The notes under the pieces: model-generated | Seen by the model: only the letters and a program-made list of their open reading frames with translations | Databases searched by the model: none | Told to the model about the DNA's origin: nothing | Shown here: piece by piece, positions 18,813 to 29,430 of the stretch | Position numbering within the stretch: position 1 is the first letter of the stretch | How the letters are laid out: every line of letters starts with the position of its first letter | Position numbers and translations under genes: made by a program | NCBI GenBank assembly: GCA_965222605.1 | Contig: OZ244960.1 | Coordinates: 1,152,001-1,216,000, forward strand | Reading direction: 5' to 3' | Source: Candidatus Latescibacterota bacterium | GTDB taxonomy: Bacteria; Latescibacterota; UBA2968 | Length of the DNA: 64,000 bases

Positions 18813-20354
18813 ATGTCTGAACGTCCAAATATCCTGATTTTGCACAGTGACGAACACAGTTTTCGCTTTTTGTCGGCTCGTAGCCACGAGCGGGGTGGTG
18901 AACCCTGTCACACGCCCACATTGGATGGTTTGATCGCACAAGGCGTCAATTTTGACGCAGCCTATTGTCAGATGCCTCTGTGTACACCAAGTCGTATTTC
19001 GATGCTTACAGGGCGGCACGCTCATCGGTGTGGCGCGTGGACCAATGGGTCGATTTTAGACCCCGATTTGCCCACTTATGGCAGTCATTTTCAGGCCAAT
19101 GGGTATGAAACAGCGGTCGTAGGCAAAACGCACTTGGGCGGGTCTTTACAACACGCCGGATTTGGCGCGCGGCCCTACGGCGATTTTGGTGGTCCGTGTT
19201 CTCATCAGCCCGATCCATTGGACAAAACAGAAGATGGTTTGCGAACGCGTACAGTTGATGCGGGAATCAGCGAGGTACCCGAATCCCTCTTGCAAGAAAA
19301 TATGATTGCGCGCGAGTCACTTGCGTGGCTGCGCGAGCATCGCCATGCCAATCCCGACAAGCCCTGGCTGGTCTATACGTCATTTAGTCGCCCGCATTTC
19401 CCGTTGACTGCGCCGAAGCGATTTTTCGACTGCTATTATCCCGAAGGAGTGACACCACCCTGGGTGCGCCGCACGGGCGACAGTGCCGACCATCGAATGA
19501 CCGTGGGCGCGATCAAGGGATTTCGCACCGAAGAGATTGCCGAAGACGAAATGATAAAAGCGCGCGCCGCGTATTTTGCAGCGGTCGATTTTCTGGATGA
19601 AATTTTGGGCGATTTTCTAACTTTGCTCGACCGCGATGGATTTTTGGACAATACGGTCATTGTATATACATCCGATCACGGAGAACTGGTGGGCGAACAC
19701 GGGATATGGTGGAAAAATACATGGCACGAAGCCGCCGCCCACGTGCCTTTTATCTTTTCGCTTCCCGAACATCGCAACGGTAGCCTGAACGCGCGAGAAA
19801 TACGCACACCCGTAAGCCTCGCCGATCTCTTTCCTACACTTTGTGGATTGGTAGGTCTAAATTGTCCAGATGAGCTGGATGGTGTGAATTTGACGGATGT
19901 ATTAAAAGGAGAAACGACTTCCGCGCTCGATAACCGCGCAGGCGTGATTACCGAATCGCTAAATCCGCGCTGGGGCAAGGGCACGGAGTTTCGGATGATT
20001 CGCTCCAGGCAGTACAAATATATCGCGTTTCGAGATTGTGAAGATCTCGCCTTCGATATGGAAACCGATCCCGACGAGCAACGCAATTTGCTAAAACATG
20101 ATCCCGACAATGCCGACTTAAAAGCGTTGCGGGAAGCGGTACTGAATGGATTTGACTTTGACGGAGTAGAAGCCCTGCGCGAAAAACAAACCGCTGAATT
20201 GCGTGCCAAATATCCAGCGCGGGTTAAAATGCGTACTCCCAATCAGATTCTGCGGGGCGACGGCAAATTGGTCGAGGTCGATGCACCTCTGTACGCGCCC
20301 AAAGTGATCAGCGATAATCCCGCACGAGACTTTGACGATTATCCCGCTCGGTAG
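18813..20354 (+). CDS. sulfatase (choline-sulfatase-like)
   Basis: PNIL, CTPSR (CxPxR), GKTH, RPHFP and SDHGE motifs. Confidence 0.9.
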   Translation: MSERPNILILHSDEHSFRFLSARSHERGGEPCHTPTLDGLIAQGVNFDAAYCQMPLCTPSRISMLTGRHAHRCGAWTNGSILDPDLPTYGSHFQANGYETAVVGKTHLGGSLQHAGFGARPYGDFGGPCSHQPDPLDKTEDGLRTRTVDAGISEVPESLLQENMIARESLAWLREHRHANPDKPWLVYTSFSRPHFPLTAPKRFFDCYYPEGVTPPWVRRTGDSADHRMTVGAIKGFRTEEIAEDEMIKARAAYFAAVDFLDEILGDFLTLLDRDGFLDNTVIVYTSDHGELVGEHGIWWKNTWHEAAAHVPFIFSLPEHRNGSLNAREIRTPVSLADLFPTLCGLVGLNCPDELDGVNLTDVLKGETTSALDNRAGVITESLNPRWGKGTEFRMIRSRQYKYIAFRDCEDLAFDMETDPDEQRNLLKHDPDNADLKALREAVLNGFDFDGVEALREKQTAELRAKYPARVKMRTPNQILRGDGKLVEVDAPLYAPKVISDNPARDFDDYPAR

Positions 20355-20388
20355 AATAGTTAAGCGTTCAACTTTTTTGGAGGTTGCA

Positions 20389-20793
20389 ATGACAACTCTT
20401 TCCCGCGTTTGTGAAACACCACCAGCTTCGCCTGATGAGATACGCGAATACTTCTCTTATAAGTTGCGATGTGAGACCGATCCGTTCGATGTAAATGCGG
20501 ATATGGAGAATGGAATCGATGGTTTTGAGTTTATTGATGTCCGCGATAAAGAAGCATATCTCAACGGTCACGCTGCTGGCGCCATTCACATTGATCACAA
20601 TGATATGACCGAAACGCGAATGGCTGAGTTTCCCAAAGACCGATTGCTCGTGGTGTACTGCTGGGGACCGGGGTGTAACGGAGCGACAAAAGCCGCTGTG
20701 AAATTGAGTGCCCTGGGATTTTCCGTGAAGGAAATGATCGGCGGGATTACCTATTGGAAAGAGGAGGGATATCCAGTAGTATCAGGTGGTTAG
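20389..20793 (+). CDS. rhodanese-like domain protein
   Basis: IDVR, GH-AGA, VVYCWGPGCNGA and EMIGG-W motifs; GGAGG SD. Confidence 0.88.
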   Translation: MTTLSRVCETPPASPDEIREYFSYKLRCETDPFDVNADMENGIDGFEFIDVRDKEAYLNGHAAGAIHIDHNDMTETRMAEFPKDRLLVVYCWGPGCNGATKAAVKLSALGFSVKEMIGGITYWKEEGYPVVSGG

Positions 20794-20805
20794 GACACAG
20801 CCATA

Positions 20806-20844
20806 AAATAATAGCCCACTAAAAAGATCGGTGGGCTATTATTT
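20806..20844. terminator. bidirectional intrinsic terminator
   Basis: AAATAATAGCCCAC...GTGGGCTATTATTT inverted repeat between convergent genes. Confidence 0.75.
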
Positions 20845-20920
20845 ATATAGTTTTTAAAATCAACTGGTTATTCTGTTAGAAAACTCTCTACTCTTATTTG
20901 AATGCTTGCATTAAACGTTT

Positions 20921-21571
20921 TCATTTTTTGTTAAAAGGCCAAGGCAAAAATCGGTGCATATAACCTATTTGAAAGAGTACTTCTGGGCTTCGATACGAGC
21001 CTTTTCCTATTGTCAGACCCGTTTCAAGGAAAAATTTACCCCAGTACAGGTTATAAGCCAACCCTATGTATTTCCATTCAGAGCGAGATTTCACATTCCC
21101 CACGAACTGGATATCTTCAGAGCTTTCCCATGAAAATATGCCTCCAATTATGCCTAAACTATGGCTCCTTTTGGGGTTTTCCGATAGGAGATATCCACTA
21201 TTAAACTGAACACCTCGAGCCCAGTTGCCATAGAACATGCCTGACAAGCGAAAATTAACGGGACCATTCCACCGACCAATGGCGAGGTTAATTATCGCAG
21301 GTGCGCCAATAGTTACGCCTATTTCTCGATATGATAAATCTTTGAGAGAAATACTATTTATACGCTCGATTTTGTCGTAAGTAAAAACGCGTTCACTGTA
21401 CCCATCCATCAGGCGTATTACGACTTTTTGATCGGGTATATTTTCGATAATTGTGCCGAGAACTCGTGATCCATCTTTCAGATAGATGATGTCAACGGCC
21501 TGGGCAGAATTATTCGAACTGACTATAACCGAAAAAATAAGAGCCATCGCGAGGATATTCACTATTCTCAT
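20921..21571 (-). CDS. hypothetical secreted or outer-membrane protein
   Basis: Signal peptide, DIIYLKDGS-type N-domain and beta-strand-rich aromatic C-terminus; AGGAG SD. Confidence 0.65.
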   Translation of the reverse strand: MRIVNILAMALIFSVIVSSNNSAQAVDIIYLKDGSRVLGTIIENIPDQKVVIRLMDGYSERVFTYDKIERINSISLKDLSYREIGVTIGAPAIINLAIGRWNGPVNFRLSGMFYGNWARGVQFNSGYLLSENPKRSHSLGIIGGIFSWESSEDIQFVGNVKSRSEWKYIGLAYNLYWGKFFLETGLTIGKGSYRSPEVLFQIGYMHRFLPWPFNKK

Positions 21572-21572
21572 T

Positions 21573-22280
21573 TCATCTCTCCTTTGAGCCTTGATCTGCT
21601 CGTGCAAGCAAGTGCTCGAAGATGCGATCAAAGACTGTATGGGGCATTTTTTCGGGATGAAATTGCACGCCGATAATGCGGCCATCTGGCGTTTCAATGC
21701 CTTCTATGACACGATCTTCACTACGAGCACTTATATTGAGTTCTCCGCCAACCGTCTCGAGTCCTTGCAGATGAAAGCTATTGGTCGTGCATTCGGTCTT
21801 GTCCAAAATAGACGAGAGATGGGAATTGGGGGCAAGCGAGACCACATGGGAAACGGGATCTTCTGTGCGCTTGGGTGAATGAAGATCGACATCGCATTGT
21901 ATTTGAATATCGGCATAGATCGTGCCGCCAAATCGAGCGTTGATAAATTGCATGCCATAGCAGATGCCCAAAACGGGCATCTGTTTTTTTTGCGCGTATT
22001 CAAAAGCGCGAATATCATTTTCATAGCGCGTGGGCACAACCGCGGGCAGGTCTTTTGGCAACTTGCCAACCAAACCTTGCGTAATACCGGGACCGCCTGT
22101 GATAATCAGGCCGTTGAGTAGCGCGAACAGCGGCGCGAGGGTTTCTTGTTGCTCTGTCATAGGCAGAATAAGAGGACAGCCACCCGCGCGTTCCACGGCA
22201 ATCACATATTCGTAATTTAGTGATTGCTGTTTACTTTTTGAAAGAAAGCTGGTCGTAATACCGATTATTGGACGTGACAT
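21573..22280 (-). CDS. peptidase C26 / gamma-glutamyl-GABA hydrolase family glutamine amidotransferase
   Basis: RPIIGIT, ITGG, LGICYGMQ, NSFHLQ and GVQFHPE motifs. Confidence 0.9.
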   Translation of the reverse strand: MSRPIIGITTSFLSKSKQQSLNYEYVIAVERAGGCPLILPMTEQQETLAPLFALLNGLIITGGPGITQGLVGKLPKDLPAVVPTRYENDIRAFEYAQKKQMPVLGICYGMQFINARFGGTIYADIQIQCDVDLHSPKRTEDPVSHVVSLAPNSHLSSILDKTECTTNSFHLQGLETVGGELNISARSEDRVIEGIETPDGRIIGVQFHPEKMPHTVFDRIFEHLLARADQGSKER

Positions 22281-22465
22281 TTTTAAAAATTGAATTAAAA
22301 AAGAGTGTGAAAGTGGCAATGCGTTTTTCTACCTTGACGGATGCACAAACATGTAGCATTATTGAATTGAGAACAAGGTCAAAATGTAGCGGATGAACTG
22401 CTGACCTCGGCGAGCTCAATCGAGCTGCCGCAGTTGTATAACCGCTTGGAGCAAGGACAAACAAT

Positions 22466-23788
22466 ATGCCATATTTGATGCAGACTAATAAAGGCGAGGA
22501 ACTCAATAGGCTTTATCCTGAAGATCGCTCTATAAACGACTGGTATCGTTTTGTTTTGTCATATCCGCCACATCTCGTCAAGGATTATATTGCGCGTTTT
22601 GAACTTAATGAAAAAAGTTCTGTTTTAGACCCCTTTTGTGGCACGGGTACAACTTTAGTAGCCTGTAAGAAACAGGGGATAAAGAGTATTGGCATTGAGG
22701 CAAATCCCGTTGTCAAATTCGCCGCAAGTGTTAAAACTGATTGGAATATAGACCCCGATGTTCTCATTGAACATGCAGAACTTGTTGCATCAGAAACAAT
22801 AGAGCTACTTTTGTCGGAAGGCGTTGATGACGATCCCCTCTTTCAACCCCTGGATAAAGAAGATCCCATAGAACTACGGACACTCAGCCCTGAGCAGGAA
22901 AAGTTAATTATTACAAACTCAATCAGCCCCAAACCGTTACATAAGGCTTTGGCTCTTATAGAAAAAATCCACGCATTAAAGCACAACAGATGTTATGATT
23001 ATGAACGTTTAGCACTCGCCAAACAGTTGGTTTATACGGCGAGTAATTTGCGTTTTGGACCAGAAGTTGGCGTAGGCAAGGCAAAGCCCGACTCGCCTGT
23101 GGTTGGGCCCTGGTTAGCTGGCGTTAGAAGTATGTGTGAGGATTTAATCAAAGTCAGACAAAATGCCTATATTCCCTCGGTCGTTCATTTTGGCGATGCC
23201 CGCAATATGAGACAGCTTTTAGAACCTCAATCTATTGATGCTGTGATCACGTCGCCTCCATATCCCAATGAAAAGGATTATACTCGAACAACGCGCCTGG
23301 AGTCTGTATTATTGGGGTTTATGACAGATCGACACGACCTGAGAACCCATAAAAATAACTTAATAAGATCCAATACGCGAGGTGTTTACAAAATAGATAC
23401 TGATAAAGACTGGGTAGCAAAATTCGATAGCATACAGAAATTGGCAGAAACAATAGAAAATCGTCGGATCGAATTGAACAAAACATCGGGATTCGAAAAA
23501 TTATATGCTCACGTTGTTCGACATTATTTTGGAGGCATGACTCGGCATCTAGAGAATATGAAACCAATTTTGAAACCAGGTGCTTGTCTTGCCTATGTGG
23601 TTGGCGATCAGGCTTCTTATTTTCGTATTCTAATCAAAACGGGAAACTTATTGGCAGAGATTGCAGAGCGATTAGGTTATAAAGTCATAGATATCGATTT
23701 ATTTCGAAAAAGGTTCTCGACTGCCACTCAGCAATATATCAGGGAAGAGGTTGTTCTGCTGCGTTGGGAAGGCCAATCTAAAGGTTAA
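22466..23788 (+). CDS. DNA amino-methyltransferase (probably N4-cytosine, alpha-type motif order)
   Basis: DPFCGTGT (motif I) precedes ITSPPY (motif IV); low-GC block. Confidence 0.88.
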   Translation: MPYLMQTNKGEELNRLYPEDRSINDWYRFVLSYPPHLVKDYIARFELNEKSSVLDPFCGTGTTLVACKKQGIKSIGIEANPVVKFAASVKTDWNIDPDVLIEHAELVASETIELLLSEGVDDDPLFQPLDKEDPIELRTLSPEQEKLIITNSISPKPLHKALALIEKIHALKHNRCYDYERLALAKQLVYTASNLRFGPEVGVGKAKPDSPVVGPWLAGVRSMCEDLIKVRQNAYIPSVVHFGDARNMRQLLEPQSIDAVITSPPYPNEKDYTRTTRLESVLLGFMTDRHDLRTHKNNLIRSNTRGVYKIDTDKDWVAKFDSIQKLAETIENRRIELNKTSGFEKLYAHVVRHYFGGMTRHLENMKPILKPGACLAYVVGDQASYFRILIKTGNLLAEIAERLGYKVIDIDLFRKRFSTATQQYIREEVVLLRWEGQSKG

Positions 23789-23792
23789 AAAT

Positions 23793-24599
23793 ATGCTACC
23801 AAATAACGATCCACGCTATTCACAGATTATCGCAAAAATCTTCGAAACAAAATTTCGAGAAGGTAGAAGAGCAATCCGTTTTGAAAGAACCGAGATTGTC
23901 AGTGCTGCGAGAGAGTTGGAAATTGAATTGCCAAAAAATCTGGGAGATGTCATTTATTCATTCAAATTTCGCAACCAACTTCCCGATTCTATAAGAGAAA
24001 CAGCACCGGACGATAAAGAATGGGTAATTGTAAATCGGGGAAGATCTCAATACGCATTTGAATTAAAAGAAACATCGAGAATTTTGCCCGATACAATGCT
24101 GACAATCACCAAAATTCCAGACGCGACCCCTGGCATTGTTGTCAAATATTCTTTCGATGACGAACAAGCATTATTAACCAAACTTCGCTACAATCGAATG
24201 CTCGACATTTTTACAGGTGTCGCCTGCTATTCTTTACAGAATCATTTACGCACAACTGTTCCTGGAGTCGGACAAATTGAAACTGATGAAATCTACGTTG
24301 GAATAGATAAAAAAGGGGTTCACTATGTCTTTCCCGTTCAGGCAAAAAGTGGTAAAGACACGCTTGGTGTTGTCCAGATTGAACAAGATATAGCATTGTG
24401 TAACCACCGATTTCCCACTTTGATTTGCAGAGCAATTGCTGCTCAGTTTCTACAAGAAAATGTAATAGCTCTATTTGAATTAGAGTTAATAGATGGCGAA
24501 GTAAGAAAAGCCTCAGAAAGGCACTATCAGTTGGTTCCTCAAGAATATCTTACGGATGAAGAATTGATGAGTTATCGTCTGAGACTTGATAATCCATAG
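23793..24599 (+). CDS. putative restriction endonuclease partner
   Basis: Directly follows the MTase; ETDE...VQAK resembles a PD-(D/E)xK core. Confidence 0.65.
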   Translation: MLPNNDPRYSQIIAKIFETKFREGRRAIRFERTEIVSAARELEIELPKNLGDVIYSFKFRNQLPDSIRETAPDDKEWVIVNRGRSQYAFELKETSRILPDTMLTITKIPDATPGIVVKYSFDDEQALLTKLRYNRMLDIFTGVACYSLQNHLRTTVPGVGQIETDEIYVGIDKKGVHYVFPVQAKSGKDTLGVVQIEQDIALCNHRFPTLICRAIAAQFLQENVIALFELELIDGEVRKASERHYQLVPQEYLTDEELMSYRLRLDNP

Positions 24600-24773
24600 T
24601 GCATCGCAGCGTAAGTCATACCCCATATGGAGTAAATTTTCTGTTACTCTGATGCAAAGTATGTGCTAGTGAAAAATGGATTGCGGCTCAAAAACATGCC
24701 GCAATGACAAGCGTAAGATCGCCTTTTTTCAAGATGCAATAGTTATTAAGTCTCTGAACAACAGGAGGCGGAA

Positions 24774-25514
24774 ATGAACGCGGGAGATCGAGCGGCTGTT
24801 GAAGCCGCATGGAAGAACGGCGTAGGCGTCTTACACAACTTGCTTTTGCAAGATGAGCTGGATGCAATCCGCCGGGAATTAGAACAGGCGTACCTGGACT
24901 TGGATATGGGACCGGGTGAACCCGGCAGCCGGGATAGTCTGCGAAATGAACCGCTGTTAAATTATCCAGCCCTGGGCTGCTTATTTTCCCATCCTCGCAT
25001 TTTGGGGATCGTCTCGGCGATCCTGGATGAGCCGCAGCCTTTTCTCTTCCAAATGAAAACCAACCGGTACACGCCAGAATACAAAGGCGTGGGGCGGCAC
25101 TCAGACGGCAGCCAGACGGATCTCGCCACGCCCTTTCAGTGGCTGGCGACAATGATTTATCTGGACGATATCGACGTCAACTCCGGGGCATTGACCTACG
25201 TGCCGGGCACGCATTTGTACCATTTTGCATCTGCGTGCGACCCGAGCCGGATACTGCCTACAAAAGAAGATATTCAGGCGGGTGACTACATTCCAATCGA
25301 ACTGAAAGCGGGAAGCGTCGTCTTTCGCGTACCAGAGGTCTGGCACGGCGTAGTGCCCATCCATCGGCTGCGGCGATATATCACAGGGCTTTACACATCT
25401 CGGACAAAGGGAAATGCGCCGATCAAAGAGCGTATTCAGGAGGTTCGGAAAAGCCGAGAAAAAATCCCAGAGACATCCATTCCCGAGCACGTCAGAGAAT
25501 ACTGGCAGTATTGA
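24774..25514 (+). CDS. phytanoyl-CoA dioxygenase (PhyH) family Fe(II)/2OG enzyme
   Basis: HSD (HxD), IYLDD-NSGALTYVPGTH, WHG and RR motifs. Confidence 0.85.
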   Translation: MNAGDRAAVEAAWKNGVGVLHNLLLQDELDAIRRELEQAYLDLDMGPGEPGSRDSLRNEPLLNYPALGCLFSHPRILGIVSAILDEPQPFLFQMKTNRYTPEYKGVGRHSDGSQTDLATPFQWLATMIYLDDIDVNSGALTYVPGTHLYHFASACDPSRILPTKEDIQAGDYIPIELKAGSVVFRVPEVWHGVVPIHRLRRYITGLYTSRTKGNAPIKERIQEVRKSREKIPETSIPEHVREYWQY

Positions 25515-25528
25515 GCGGCGGATGCGGA

Positions 25529-27121
25529 TCAACCCAAAAAGCGGTCCAGCACATTCTTTGTAATCGCCGAAATCGACTCATCCACCGGTAGAGAACTTGG
25601 ATAATTGATCGACCCCACCGAAAACACCTCTCCCCCGCTCTCGGTGCGGTGATATACGATCTCCGCGCCTCCCTCATCGGGGTTTAAGCCTTTGGCCAGC
25701 AGATGTGCGTTTTTCGGCGAACTCTCTGTCATCTTATCTGTCTCGTGTCCAGATGCACCGCCCGGACACCGCATATGCAGACACTTCTCTCCAAAAATAT
25801 CTCCCGTCTTTAGGCCTGTCCCCTCAAAGATATCGTGCGCTCCATCCACCACCCGATAAGGCGCTCCGGTCATAATACCCGTCTCCGAACAGGTTACACC
25901 CAGCAGTTTCGCCTCTGACTCGTGAAACAGATGGAATCGACTCTCCAATCCCAACTTCTGTAGATGGCTGAACCCCCCGCCTTTATCTCCATTTCGCACC
26001 ACCATCGTATATTCATCCGTAAACACCACCTCGCAATTCAGACCATTTCCACCCAGATACATCAGCTTGCCGCCCCGCTCAAACACCCAGGTCTTCAGCT
26101 TGTAGTACATATCCGCAGACCAATACTCCGGATGCGTGCTGATGATCAATACCCGGTAATCATCCAAATTTAATACCCCGGAATGGAACTGCGTCTCCGC
26201 ATAAAAATCGTATCCATATCCCTCCCGCTCCAGCCACCCCAGCAACCGCCACTCCGCCGGGGCCACATGGCAGTTGGACCGCCCCTCAATCGGATCGGTA
26301 ATCTGCTCTTCCTCTGCAATAAAATTGATTGACTCAGGGCGGTCAAACGACAGCGGTGCATATTCCTTTGAAGTAAAAAGCAAATGCCTGGGGTCCGTAT
26401 ATCGCTTGAGATCCAATCGCGCATTCACGGTGGGCTTGGACGGTAATTTCTCCGCGTGGATATAATTGCTGCGCCCCCCAAAATTATTATACGCATTCCA
26501 GTTTATATTCGACGCCAGCACTGCAACGTCGGCACTCGGCTTTGCCGGTGCGACAATCCACGGAAACGAAAAAAACACACCTGACTCCGTTTTGGCGTGC
26601 AGATAATACAATCCCGACCGTTCGGGTGCTGTTACATATTGCTTGTGTGTCGGGCTGGTATAACCCTGTGCATTCCATTGAATGCCGGTCTGCGTATAAT
26701 CCCCATCCGGCGTAATTTGCATCGTCGCCCGGGGGCCGTGTTCATCGTACCATCCAATTGGACGCACCAACTCTTTATGCCACCCATACCGCCACAGCGA
26801 CAGCTTGTACGCCTCCACCGCGTGTACCCTGAACTCTGACGGCTGTCCGGACTGTACCCACTTTGGCCACATATATCCCAGCAGTCCATCAGTCAACAGC
26901 CGGAACTGATAGGGGGCCTTAGTCGGTATCTTAAGCGGTACTGTTTTGAAGCCATAACCCGGCTTGTAAAATGTCACTCTATACTTGCCGGAAGGCAAAT
27001 CCGCATAAACCGCTCCAGTCGCCCGCGAACGCGCCTCAAATGACCCCGCCTCGCCTTCAAACTCCAGCAGCACCTCCGGCACTGCCACATATCGCTCATC
27101 GCTCACATATCCAATCAGCAT
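25529..27121 (-). CDS. N,N-dimethylformamidase beta-subunit family protein
   Basis: WNAYNNFGG, LSFDRP, WLEREGY, HPEYWS, YLGGN and VFSVGSI motifs. Confidence 0.75.
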   Translation of the reverse strand: MLIGYVSDERYVAVPEVLLEFEGEAGSFEARSRATGAVYADLPSGKYRVTFYKPGYGFKTVPLKIPTKAPYQFRLLTDGLLGYMWPKWVQSGQPSEFRVHAVEAYKLSLWRYGWHKELVRPIGWYDEHGPRATMQITPDGDYTQTGIQWNAQGYTSPTHKQYVTAPERSGLYYLHAKTESGVFFSFPWIVAPAKPSADVAVLASNINWNAYNNFGGRSNYIHAEKLPSKPTVNARLDLKRYTDPRHLLFTSKEYAPLSFDRPESINFIAEEEQITDPIEGRSNCHVAPAEWRLLGWLEREGYGYDFYAETQFHSGVLNLDDYRVLIISTHPEYWSADMYYKLKTWVFERGGKLMYLGGNGLNCEVVFTDEYTMVVRNGDKGGGFSHLQKLGLESRFHLFHESEAKLLGVTCSETGIMTGAPYRVVDGAHDIFEGTGLKTGDIFGEKCLHMRCPGGASGHETDKMTESSPKNAHLLAKGLNPDEGGAEIVYHRTESGGEVFSVGSINYPSSLPVDESISAITKNVLDRFLG

Positions 27122-27185
27122 ATTGTTCCCTTCTGTTCAGCGATCTATCCGGCGTGTGACCCGCTGAACAAAGTGTATTCGCCCA

Positions 27186-29279
27186 TCAGGTCAGATTCTC
27201 CACGCGCTCAAAATAGAAAATCCGCCCATCGTACGTCCCTACAAACAAGCCCCCTTCCACCACACAGGGAGGTGCTGTAATTGGCGATCCGAACACCACA
27301 CGGCCTCGACATTTGCCGGACGCGGCATCTAAGGCGTACAAACACCCATCACAGCCGCAAATTAGCAGACAATCCTCGAAATAGACCGGCGCAGCTAAAA
27401 TGCTCCGCACGCCTCTGCGATAGGGAACCATATCCAACAAGCTGTCTTCCGTTTGAAACCGCCACCGTAGCGCCCCAGAATTGAAATCAAAACAGAGGGC
27501 CTCTCCCTCCGGTGTGGCGGCATAGATCAGGCCATCCCGCACGAGCAGTCCGGTTGGGTAACTGGACGAGAGAATCGGCTTATCCCACACGACCTCTCCC
27601 GAAATTGCCTGTAACGCGGTTAAATGCGATGTCTCTCCTGACGAGTCTCCCCCACTTATCAGCAAGTCTCCAGTCACAACCGGTGTTGGATATGGATACT
27701 CAACCCCTATCTGCTGTTCCCACACCGCATCTCCGCTTTGCCGGTCCAATGCCATCAGTCCCCGCCGCTGCACGAGCAGGAGAAGCAGGTCCTCATAAAC
27801 CTGGGGGCTTGCGTAGCACGACCAGTTATCACTGTCTTCGACAGGTACATACCACTGCTGCTCCCCCGTTTTGAGATCGAACGCCGCGTAACCGGCCTTT
27901 GCCCCTGCGTACAACGTCCCATCTGCAATAACCGGAGACGTGTAAACCCAGCGGTCGGGATACCCGGGCAGATTCGCATGCCACAGCAGGCGGCCCGACG
28001 CCTCCTCCAGCGCATACACCCGCCCGGTAACCGACACAGCCCCGCAGATGCCATCTGCCACAGCCACGCTGTTTTTCACCGTCGCATCCGTGCGTGCCTG
28101 CCACACCAGATCCCCACTGCCCACCTCAATACAACAGACCCCGTTGCGGGCGGGATAGCCCTCGTCCCGCAGGCTCAACAGCAGCCGATCTCGCGCCTGC
28201 ACGGGTGCCGCTCGGTGCAAGCCCCCTGGAAGTTGTTGCTCCCATCGAAGACGCAGCCCTATTTCGTCCAACGACACCTCCACCGGCGTATCCTCGGAAG
28301 GTAGCGAGACGCCAGTGGATTTAAGCGCGCAGAGTTCCACTTCCGCCCCCTCCTCTCCGAACCGCACGACGCGGTAGCCTCTCGGCGACGTATCGATCCC
28401 ACCAAAACAGAACGGCGGGGTTGCGGCCACAACCATCTCTCCGTAAGAGAACACCTTGCTGGAATGCCAGTGCCCGTGCAGCACCAGGCGGACATTATAT
28501 CGGCTCAACGCCTCCAGAAATGAAACCGGGGGGTGTGTGTGAACCACCACCACGATCTCCCGGTCCGCAGGCTGTAGTTCCAGATCTGTCCAGAACCACA
28601 CCTCCTTTCGCGCCTGGTCCTCAGGCGAAAAAAACGACTGCTCGTTGGGATAAAACACAAAATGGCGTCCCCCCCAATCAAAGCTGTAATACGAGGGGCC
28701 GAGCACCGCTTCGAAATGCCGGGTAAACGTATGGCCCGCCTGTGAGACCTCCCCGTGGCGTTCCTCGTTCCCGTCGTGTCCACCGAACAGCGAAAAAACC
28801 GGCGTTGCAACCGTCTCAATTGCCTCTCGAAAACGGGACAACTCGGCAAGCTCTCCCCTGTTCGTGAGATCTCCGCTCGCCACAATCAGATCCGGATCGG
28901 CTTCCCGGACAAGTTGCTGTAACGCCTCGGCGAGAACCTCTCCGGACGTCAGCATCTCCCCCTCTACCACAACGTGTGTATCGGTAATCTGCACAAGCGT
29001 AAACTGCCGTGCAGCCCGCTCAGGTGCAGGCTCAAGCCAAAAATCCACCCCATCTTGCGCGCCCATCCAGTTCCGTGTAGACGAATAGAACCCCGATGTC
29101 GCTCGAAAACCATCCGGAACGGTCACAAATACGAACCGGTGCGCCTCCGGTTCCACTGCAAGCGCGTACCTGCCCTCCTCGTCCGTCTGCACAATCTGCT
29201 CTCCATTGGAAACCAAAACACCTCCCAGAACGCGTCCAGACAGATCTTCTATCACCCTTCCTCGAACCTCAATCGCCAT
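27186..29279 (-). CDS. metallophosphoesterase fused to PQQ-like beta-propeller repeats
   Basis: ITDTH, SGDL, GGHD and HGHWH motifs; repeated SG-LxW propeller blades at the C-terminus. Confidence 0.8.
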   Translation of the reverse strand: MAIEVRGRVIEDLSGRVLGGVLVSNGEQIVQTDEEGRYALAVEPEAHRFVFVTVPDGFRATSGFYSSTRNWMGAQDGVDFWLEPAPERAARQFTLVQITDTHVVVEGEMLTSGEVLAEALQQLVREADPDLIVASGDLTNRGELAELSRFREAIETVATPVFSLFGGHDGNEERHGEVSQAGHTFTRHFEAVLGPSYYSFDWGGRHFVFYPNEQSFFSPEDQARKEVWFWTDLELQPADREIVVVVHTHPPVSFLEALSRYNVRLVLHGHWHSSKVFSYGEMVVAATPPFCFGGIDTSPRGYRVVRFGEEGAEVELCALKSTGVSLPSEDTPVEVSLDEIGLRLRWEQQLPGGLHRAAPVQARDRLLLSLRDEGYPARNGVCCIEVGSGDLVWQARTDATVKNSVAVADGICGAVSVTGRVYALEEASGRLLWHANLPGYPDRWVYTSPVIADGTLYAGAKAGYAAFDLKTGEQQWYVPVEDSDNWSCYASPQVYEDLLLLLVQRRGLMALDRQSGDAVWEQQIGVEYPYPTPVVTGDLLISGGDSSGETSHLTALQAISGEVVWDKPILSSSYPTGLLVRDGLIYAATPEGEALCFDFNSGALRWRFQTEDSLLDMVPYRRGVRSILAAPVYFEDCLLICGCDGCLYALDAASGKCRGRVVFGSPITAPPCVVEGGLFVGTYDGRIFYFERVENLT

Positions 29280-29430
29280 AGCGTACCTCTTTGTTCGCAG
29301 TTATAGGCAAAATACAATATTCACACCACGAGGCAAAATAAACAATGATTGCCTACCATATAAAGATTGTGCATAATAGACAAGCTCTTATCCAATGGTA
29401 GAAGATGTTAAAAAAATGGAGGCTGAGCAC

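Noticed and set aside
27134-27170. TGTTCAGCG...CGCTGAACA hairpin considered as an integron attC site
   Set aside because: GTT precedes AAC (opposite to attC order), it is too short, single-copy, and there is no integrase.
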